From the NCBI GenBank assembly GCA_007124945.1, contig SLED01000282.1, positions 1 through 12,166 of the forward strand: a stretch of DNA of 12,166 nucleotides, in the 5' to 3' direction. This DNA comes from Salinibacteraceae bacterium (lineage in GTDB: Bacteria > Bacteroidota > Rhodothermia > Rhodothermales > Salinibacteraceae). Of this stretch, positions 1-6,119 are shown piece by piece (position 1 is the first letter of the stretch; each line of letters begins with the position of its first letter). The notes under the pieces are model-generated. The model had not been told where the DNA came from. It did no database searches and saw nothing but the letters and a program-made list of their open reading frames with translations. A program made the translations under genes and the position numbers.

Positions 1-1
1 G

Positions 2-118
2 CGGCGGACAATCGCCGACAGGGAGCACAAACACGCCGAGGAGCTCATCGCCCTGCAGCGCTGCCTCCAGCGCTTCGGTGTGAAGCGACGCTTCAAGCGG
101 CTGAACCAGCGACGTTAG
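2..118 (+). CDS. 3' end of a hypothetical protein gene (5'-truncated by window edge); basic C-terminal tail ...RRTIADREHKHAEELIALQRCLQRFGVKRRFKRLNQRR*
   Basis: Frame 2 is open from the window start to TAG at 116-118. Positional GC is coding-like: GC1 ~69%, GC2 ~41%, GC3 ~86%. The codon-aligned antisense frame shows the reverse, less gene-like pattern. No product could be recognised. Confidence 0.35.
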   Translation, partial: RRTIADREHKHAEELIALQRCLQRFGVKRRFKRLNQRR

Positions 119-130
119 CTCCACGGGCTC

Positions 131-160
131 GGCCGCCGCGGTCGCCTCCTCCGCGTGGCC
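131..160 (+). terminator. GC-rich imperfect hairpin (ggccgccgcgg / loop tcgcctcct / ccgcgtggcc) 13 nt after the stop of the upstream + strand ORF; no U-tract
   Basis: Pairing read directly from the sequence: 6 bp, a 1-nt bulge, then 4 bp. Its position just after the stop codon suggests a factor-dependent or non-canonical terminator. Confidence 0.2.
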
Positions 161-794
161 GGTGAGCGAGAGCGCCCAGAGCACACCTCCTGCCGCGAAC
201 AGCAGCACCGCAACGGCAATCTTTGCTCGCGCTACGGTCTTGGCACACCTCCCCCTGCGTTCATGAACAGTCCAACATGCGCGGGGCACACTACAGCCTC
301 CCCGATTTACCACCTGTTCGATGCTACTACCACACAATACCCCCTCCCCGCATTACTTGCAAGCCTCAATTGTAACGCATGTGTTATAGGCAGCCATCCA
401 CCGGGTACAATGGATATTCGTTTAAACAGACGTTCCTGATTCGCCACTTACCTCTTCTGGGGTTTCTTGCACGCCCTCCCAACAGCCCTCACCGGTGGAG
501 TAGCCCAACCAGTCACTCCTCTTTTGCCAGCTGCCGTACCTGCACGACCGGCGCGCCCGTGGCCTCGCACGCGACTGCGACGATCGGAGGCCGCTCTTCC
601 TTGCCACCCAACCAACGCTCTTCCCTCGTGCCGATGCTCCAGCGTCGGCACGCCCAAACCGGACGGTCCTCCGTCCTATGGTTGGGTAAGCGCCATCGAC
701 AGCATGGATACCTCGTGAGCTCAGATCTGTAAGGAAGAAAGGGGCGCTATCCTATGGCACAGCCGGCTGATGGCACGCAGAGCGTACCCGTGGG

Positions 795-819
795 CGTTCC
801 CACGCAGCGCATGGGAACG
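795..819 (-). terminator. Perfect 8-bp stem (cgttccca/tgggaacg) with 9-nt loop, ~45 nt downstream of the flotillin stop on the minus strand. Candidate operon terminator or RNA-stabilising stem; no U-tract.
   Basis: Inverted repeat read directly: cgttccca-cgcagcgca-tgggaacg. It lies at the 3' end of the four-gene minus-strand cluster. Confidence 0.3.
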
Positions 820-861
820 AGAGCAGGCCTGATTACAGCCGCCTCAACAGCGCCGACCTCG

Positions 862-2187
862 CTACGCATCGGTGTCTTCGGTGGGATTGGGGCTGTCGGG
901 GGTGGACCGGTTATCTGACGAAGGGGCGTTAGACGCCCGCTGCTGGGTATCCTCGCCGGTGCCTTCGGCCGCGCGGTTCAGCATAGACGCAATGTCGATG
1001 CCGGTGCTTGACTTGAGGCTCTCCAGCAAAGCGGGCGTCGCGCCGGCCACCTGGTTGAACACGGCTGGGATGCCGCCCTGGCCCCTGCCATTGCCGCCGC
1101 CGTCCACCACCGTGAGGCGGTCGATCTTGAGGTTGTCCACCGTTTTGATGACTTCCTTCAGAATGTCGGGCAGCATCTGGATCAGGAAGAGGCGCTCGGC
1201 ATCGGGGCCGGCGGCGTTCCAGAGCTCCAGCTTCTGCTTCAGAATCTCTACCTCGGCGCGGCCATCTTCGAGGATGCGCGCGGCGTCGCCTCGGGCGCGC
1301 TGCTCTTTGGCTTCGCGCTCGGCTTCGGCTTTCACCACCACCTGCGCACGCTGCCGTTTCTCAGACAGCACAATCTCCTCGTCGGCGAGCTCCTGCTCGG
1401 CGCGGGCTTCCGATAGCTTGGCCGCCACCGACACTTTAGCTTCCTCTGCTTCAGCCTCCGCATCCAGCTTAGCCTGCACGAGGCGCACTTCGTTCTCGGC
1501 CTCGGCAATATTCTTGTTGGCTCGCGCCTGTGCCACGCGGGCCTCTTCTTCCTTCTCCGCTTCGCGCACCTCAGCAGCCGAAATAATGTAGGCGGTCTGC
1601 TGACGCCCGATAGCATCGAGATACCCCCGGTCATCCTCCACGCTCTGAATCTTAAACGTATCGAGTTGAATGCCCAGCGACGACAGATCCGACTCAGCCT
1701 CTGAAACGAGCTCGCGCGCAAACTTCAGCCGGTCCTCGTTTACCTCCTCCGGCGTCAGCAAAGCCACGACGCCGCGGAGGTTACCCTCCAGCGTCTCCTG
1801 CGCGATCGTGCGAATCTCCTGCCGCGGTTTGCCCAAAAGCCGCTCGACGGCATTGCCCATGGCCGCCCCCTCCGAGGAGACCTTCACGTTGGCAATCGCT
1901 CGCACCGCCAGCGGAATACCACCCTTCGAATAGGCGTTGGTGACCGTCAGATCGATCGGTATCGTCGTCAGATCCAGCCGATCTACACTTTCCAGAATAG
2001 GAATGCGAAAGCCCCGCCCGCCCTTAATGATGCGATAACCAATGTCCGTACCGTCATCAAGACTGTGGCGCCGGCCACTGAAAACCAGCACCTCGTTCGG
2101 CTGGCAGATCTTGAGATTCGCCCTGACGATACCGATGATCGACAGGATGGCCACGATCAGAACAGCGGAGATAATCAGAATTTCCAT
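862..2187 (-). CDS. SPFH/band-7 domain flotillin-like protein (YqiK/FloT family), 441 aa
   Basis: N-terminal TM anchor (MEILIISAVLIVAILSIIGIV), then an SPFH/PHB core (NEVLVFSGRR...GYRIIKGGRGFRIPILESVDRLDLTTIPIDLTV...IPLAVRAIANVKV). A long EA-rich coiled-coil follows (REAEKEEEARVAQARANKNIAEAENEVRLVQAKLDAEAEAEEAKV...) and the C-terminus is a Gly-rich, disordered acidic tail. This is the canonical bacterial flotillin architecture. The ATG is at 2185-2187 and the stop is TGA. Confidence 0.9.
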   Translation of the reverse strand: MEILIISAVLIVAILSIIGIVRANLKICQPNEVLVFSGRRHSLDDGTDIGYRIIKGGRGFRIPILESVDRLDLTTIPIDLTVTNAYSKGGIPLAVRAIANVKVSSEGAAMGNAVERLLGKPRQEIRTIAQETLEGNLRGVVALLTPEEVNEDRLKFARELVSEAESDLSSLGIQLDTFKIQSVEDDRGYLDAIGRQQTAYIISAAEVREAEKEEEARVAQARANKNIAEAENEVRLVQAKLDAEAEAEEAKVSVAAKLSEARAEQELADEEIVLSEKRQRAQVVVKAEAEREAKEQRARGDAARILEDGRAEVEILKQKLELWNAAGPDAERLFLIQMLPDILKEVIKTVDNLKIDRLTVVDGGGNGRGQGGIPAVFNQVAGATPALLESLKSSTGIDIASMLNRAAEGTGEDTQQRASNAPSSDNRSTPDSPNPTEDTDA

Positions 2188-2229
2188 GGGAACGCGTTAG
2201 TATAAGAAAATTGGTCAGGTACCTGTTCG

Positions 2230-2778
2230 TTATTCCGGCTTCACCACATCGGCGATGGTGCCATCCACGCGCACCACAACAACCGTATCCCCCTCTTCAA
2301 ACGACTCCGGTGCCGCTTCTTCCCCGAGCCCGCGGGCAACCATGCTGACGCGCTTGCCTCGGACCTCAAGTGCGATCTTCCCTTTCTGAGCACCCTCAAA
2401 AGGAAGTGTAACCTGGGCCGTGCGCCCTTCCAGGTCTCGCTGGGTAACGTTGCTGGAGACTGTTTTATACCCCACCTTCTTGATCACGTAGTTTCCGCCG
2501 AGACCCACAACGAGACCCGTCAGCGCGGACAGGATGAGGGAAAAGGGTTCTGGCGTTTCAACCAGACGAAGCAGCACCCCGGTGAGGCCGAAAAAGGCCA
2601 TAAACAGGAAGAGGGCCCGGATGGAGAAAAGGTCGATCAGTCCCTGCCCGGCATCGATGTCGGCGTCTGCATCAGCGTCTGCATCAAAGTCAGCATCTGC
2701 ATCAGCATCCGCGCCAAACATTGACAGCAGCACGAAGAAACCGCCCACAAGAAGGCAGACCCAGTAGATGGTGCCCAT
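2230..2778 (-). CDS. NfeD-family membrane protein (YqiJ/YuaF-like flotillin partner), 182 aa
   Basis: The N-terminal half has three predicted TM helices and the C-terminus is a soluble beta-rich domain (TAQVTLPFEGAQKGKIALEVRGKRVSMVARGLGEEAAPESFEEGDTVVVVRVDGTIADV). This is typical of the NfeD C-terminal OB-fold. It sits 42 bp upstream of the flotillin gene and is co-oriented with it, the canonical NfeD-SPFH operon arrangement. Confidence 0.85.
   Translation of the reverse strand: MGTIYWVCLLVGGFFVLLSMFGADADADADFDADADADADIDAGQGLIDLFSIRALFLFMAFFGLTGVLLRLVETPEPFSLILSALTGLVVGLGGNYVIKKVGYKTVSSNVTQRDLEGRTAQVTLPFEGAQKGKIALEVRGKRVSMVARGLGEEAAPESFEEGDTVVVVRVDGTIADVVKPE
2650..2712 (-). repeat. Imperfect tandem hexanucleotide repeat (GAYGCN)n encoding the acidic tract ADADADADFDADADADADIDA between TM1 and TM2 of NfeD
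   Basis: Plus-strand sequence ...gcgtctgcatcagcgtctgcatcaaagtcagcatctgcatcagcatccgcgcc... The repeat unit is visible at DNA level and the translation gives (DA)n. Confidence 0.7.
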
Positions 2779-2872
2779 GCTTATAGATCAGGTGGTTGAT
2801 GGGAGACTACAATGATGCTACGACGCTGCGTCGCAAAAGGTACAAAATCGACGAGACGTTGCACAACCGTGC

Positions 2873-5800
2873 CTACTCCTGTTTTACGATGAGCCCGAAG
2901 AACACGCCGATAAAGAGCGCGAAGCCGGACCAGACCACGATGTGGCCGATGGCGCCCGTGCCGTGAACGACCTCGTCCGTGCCAGAGAGCAGAAACCACA
3001 TGAATGTAGTGATGAGCAGCGTGTAGAGTAGACAGGCGAGAAAAAACAGTGCGGCACGCCCGATGAGGGATGGGTGCCCGCTTTCAGCCGTGGCAGGCCC
3101 GATGCGTGCTGCTTTGCGGCGGAGATCACTTAGAATGTAAAGAAACGCCCCGCCCACCCCAATGCCGAAGGTGAGAATAATCCCCTGCACGTCGCCAATC
3201 TCGGCCATTGCCACGAACGGATCGCCGAAATCGAGCATCAGTATTACGCCTACAATGAGTGCCAGCCACACCTTGGAGAAGCGCTGGCCGATACTAATGG
3301 TTTCCTGCACGAGGGAGATCTCTCGCCCATCGCTATCGGCCGGCTGCATGGCCTGATGCGCAGAGCGTGCACCCTCAATCAGGAATCTGTCGAGACACCA
3401 GAGGCGCGCGTCCTCCAACTGAGCTCGGGCCGAGGGATGGGTTCGCAGCGGATCGAACGCGTCATCAGTCAGGAAACGCAGCGCGGCGGCCTCATACTGA
3501 CGGTCCATGGCTGCGCTGAGCTGCTCTTTCCAGGTTGCGGTTAGCGACTGCAGCCAGGCGTCCCGAGCCACGGCACTCCAGCGCCCACGCGCCACCGGAT
3601 GCTTGAGCCCTTTACGGAGCAGACGCTCTACTGCGCGAGGGCCGTCTGCGTACGCGGTATCAAGGAGTTGCGTCCAGGCAAGCTTGAGCAGGTGTGGCTG
3701 TAGGCCCCGTGCTTGAATCGTCTCCAGCGGATGTAGCGCATCGTCTAACGACGCCTTGCTTGCGGGCAGTGCATCAAGCCCCGCCATCCACGCCTGCGCC
3801 TCTCTGGCTACGAATTCCACCACCCTACCTGTGAGTTCACCCTCCCGCTCCGGGAGCGCCGGAAGTAGACCTTCCTGAATGCGGTCTACCTCCTGCTGCA
3901 GCTGCACCACCGCTTGCTTGGCCTCGTCAATTTCGTCAGGCGACGCAGGGAGAAGCCGGTCAGCAATCGAATACAATCGCGAAGCGTCGGAGCGAATATC
4001 CACGAGCAGCGCGCCGGGCTCAGGAATCACGTCCCCCACGACCTCCGCAATCGTCCGCTTACGATGCTGTGGCCCCTCACCCGCCAGTACATCGGCAACC
4101 TCACGCACTACATCCGGCAGCATCTCCTGCGATGAAAGAAGTGCCGACAGACCCTCGCGGACATTCTCAACCAGCGATACGGTGGGATCTTCCGGAGGCG
4201 GAGTATTTCCGGTTGCTACCCAGTCGACGATCTCCGGTAACGGCACGGCGGTGCCATCAGCCTTGAGATACGTCCTGTTCGCGCACACGGCCTTCAGGTC
4301 CTGAAAGAACGACGGGTGAGGACGCCTGACCGTTAGCCAGTGCAGGTAGGCGGTGGCGGAGAATGAAGCCTCCTGTGCCATTCTCCACCGGAGAAAGTGT
4401 TCGACAGCATCCGCGAGAATCGGTAACAGCGGGCTCCGGCGCTGTGCGGGAAGTAGCGCAAACAGCACCCTCGGGTCATCTACTCGATGAAGAATTGCAC
4501 CATCCACAATCGCTTCTACACCGGGGGGCTCAATCTTTACAAGCTGCAAAAGAATGGCGGAGAGCAGTTGTGCTGCATCGTCGCTTGCGCTTAGCTTGCG
4601 TGAAAGCGAGCGTTCTTGCTCTTCTGATATGTCGAGATGCTGCGCTTCATCAAGCAGATGAAATACGACAAGGGCACGACTCGCCGTGCTTCGTTCCTGC
4701 CAGGATGATGTGTCTGCCAGCGGAGTCAATAAATCGGACAGTAGTGCAGCCTGGGGTTGGGCATCCTCCTTCAGAAAGTCGGACGTACGGTCGGCAGCGC
4801 GATACCGGAATTGGACGCGCCGCAAAACGTCATCAACATTGCGTACCGGCTGCGCACCGTCCTCATCTGAAATCCGCCCAGCAGAAGAGCCCGTCGATGA
4901 CATGCCGTTTTCACGCTGCATCCAGACCTCCAGCCGGTGTGCAGCCCATCTATACGCACCCGGAGGCAAGTGTTGCTTAAGGCCCGGCGTGACCTCCGCT
5001 CTGACTTTCTCCGGCAAGATTGCGAGGGTGCGCAGCGCTTCATCGAGCAGCAGGAGCCCTGAAACTCTGCCCTCAATGCGCCCTGAATCCTCGTCGGTAA
5101 GCCGGGTCCAGCGATGGTGTACGATCGACGTGCTGATACGCGCCAGCCGGTCTGTATCTACTGAATCAGATTTCGCTCGCTGGCGCACGAGGCGGCCCAG
5201 GCGCTGAAGTACGGCGCGATCTATCCAGTCCTCACCGCAACGGTCTGCGGTTTCCTGCATCAGTCGATCGATTTCTTCGATCCCTTCGGGCTGCGAGACC
5301 CGTTCCACGGTTAACTCACAGGCAGCCAGCAACGCCGCCGCATCGCTCGAGCGCGGTGGCAGCGAAAGACGGCGAGCGCCCGCCTCGGTTTGCTCCCAGG
5401 GAAGTGGATCGTCGGTAAGCCCCATTTCCTGAAGCTGCGCTTCGCTGATGCCCTCCCGTGTCGCGGCCACCGTTAGCACAATGAGAAGGCGCCGACGCTC
5501 GCGCCGTCCATTGAGTTGGACGGGCGCATTTAGCGACAATCCGCGGAGGGAGGCATACTGCCGAAGCGCCTGAAGCAGCTCGGGAGAACGATGCAGATGC
5601 TCACCGATGGCTTTAGCAGCGGCGCGATATAGATCGACCACCGAGGCACGAAAAAAGAACATGAGAAACGGCACAAGAGCGTCCTCCAGGTGATCGGCAC
5701 GGGACAACACCTCAAGCCGGAGCCGGAGCTCGTCGCGATCCGAGACCCCGCTCCACTCGGCCCACCTGCGCTGCAGCTCATCCGTGGAGGCAATCGCACC

Positions 5801-6037
5801 CAGTATGTGCCAAACCTCGGGCTCCGCTCCGGTAAATCCACGTACGCGCCGTTGTATGTCGCTTGCCGAGGAAAGCCCATCCTCTTCAAAAACGTCAGCG
5901 AGCAACCGTGCTGGCGGCTTGCCCTCTCGGGCAGACTGAATCCACTGCTCCCTCTCCTCTTCGGTTGCGTCATCCAGCCAGTGCAGAGCCTCTGGCACGT
6001 CACTGACATTGACAGGTAGCGCGGGCGGTCGTAGCAT
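2873..6037 (-). CDS. Large hypothetical membrane protein, 1054 aa: ~900-aa Leu/Arg/Glu-rich, predominantly helical N-terminal domain plus four C-terminal transmembrane helices
   Basis: Uninterrupted ORF. The ATG is at 6035-6037 and an in-frame TGA lies 13 codons upstream. The last ~135 residues contain four hydrophobic 20-28-residue segments (KVWLALIVGVILMLDFG, VQGIILTFGIGVGGAFLYILS, LIGRAALFFLACLLYTLLITTFMWFLLS, AIGHIVVWSGFALFIGVFFGLIV), encoded at roughly nt 2876-3280. No Walker A/P-loop, HEXXH or other catalytic signature was seen. It is co-oriented with the decarboxylase gene 82 bp upstream and with NfeD 94 bp downstream. Confidence 0.8.
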   Translation of the reverse strand: MLRPPALPVNVSDVPEALHWLDDATEEEREQWIQSAREGKPPARLLADVFEEDGLSSASDIQRRVRGFTGAEPEVWHILGAIASTDELQRRWAEWSGVSDRDELRLRLEVLSRADHLEDALVPFLMFFFRASVVDLYRAAAKAIGEHLHRSPELLQALRQYASLRGLSLNAPVQLNGRRERRRLLIVLTVAATREGISEAQLQEMGLTDDPLPWEQTEAGARRLSLPPRSSDAAALLAACELTVERVSQPEGIEEIDRLMQETADRCGEDWIDRAVLQRLGRLVRQRAKSDSVDTDRLARISTSIVHHRWTRLTDEDSGRIEGRVSGLLLLDEALRTLAILPEKVRAEVTPGLKQHLPPGAYRWAAHRLEVWMQRENGMSSTGSSAGRISDEDGAQPVRNVDDVLRRVQFRYRAADRTSDFLKEDAQPQAALLSDLLTPLADTSSWQERSTASRALVVFHLLDEAQHLDISEEQERSLSRKLSASDDAAQLLSAILLQLVKIEPPGVEAIVDGAILHRVDDPRVLFALLPAQRRSPLLPILADAVEHFLRWRMAQEASFSATAYLHWLTVRRPHPSFFQDLKAVCANRTYLKADGTAVPLPEIVDWVATGNTPPPEDPTVSLVENVREGLSALLSSQEMLPDVVREVADVLAGEGPQHRKRTIAEVVGDVIPEPGALLVDIRSDASRLYSIADRLLPASPDEIDEAKQAVVQLQQEVDRIQEGLLPALPEREGELTGRVVEFVAREAQAWMAGLDALPASKASLDDALHPLETIQARGLQPHLLKLAWTQLLDTAYADGPRAVERLLRKGLKHPVARGRWSAVARDAWLQSLTATWKEQLSAAMDRQYEAAALRFLTDDAFDPLRTHPSARAQLEDARLWCLDRFLIEGARSAHQAMQPADSDGREISLVQETISIGQRFSKVWLALIVGVILMLDFGDPFVAMAEIGDVQGIILTFGIGVGGAFLYILSDLRRKAARIGPATAESGHPSLIGRAALFFLACLLYTLLITTFMWFLLSGTDEVVHGTGAIGHIVVWSGFALFIGVFFGLIVKQE

Positions 6038-6119
6038 GCAGTTGATGAGCGCGGCGTTCAGGAGATCGATCGGGCCTCAACATACAAAGCGGAGCATTTT
6101 AAAACGAAGCCTGCGCGGG

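Noticed and set aside
155-439. 94-aa + strand ORF (MAGERERPEHTS...) just downstream of the 116-118 stop, in the same frame
   Set aside because: The translation is non-protein-like and third-position GC drops sharply after ~nt 260. It may be the antisense shadow of the hydrophobic minus-strand frame, or simply noncoding.
745-785. Two TGGCAC words (ctaTGGCACagccggctgaTGGCACgcagagcg) resembling the sigma-54 -24 element
   Set aside because: In both cases the required GC of the -12 element is 2 nt out of register and the TTGC word is absent. They are oriented to transcribe antisense into the flotillin 3' end, and there is no enhancer-binding-protein gene nearby.
872-1591. 239-aa + strand ORF antisense to the flotillin gene (Ser/Ala/Arg-rich)
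   Set aside because: It is the typical shadow ORF of a high-GC coding region. It has a low-complexity translation and is completely embedded in a confidently assigned gene on the other strand.
2781-2999. 72-aa minus-strand ORF overlapping the 3' end of the 1054-aa gene and the spacer
   Set aside because: It is an Arg/His-rich low-complexity translation. It is out of frame with the large gene and has no independent support.
4363-4980. 205-aa + strand ORF, and others (3879-4304, 4686-5207, 5690-6019), antisense to the 1054-aa gene
   Set aside because: They are Arg/Ser/Pro-rich junk translations inside a long continuous minus-strand ORF. GC-rich DNA has few stop codons, which produces long spurious frames.
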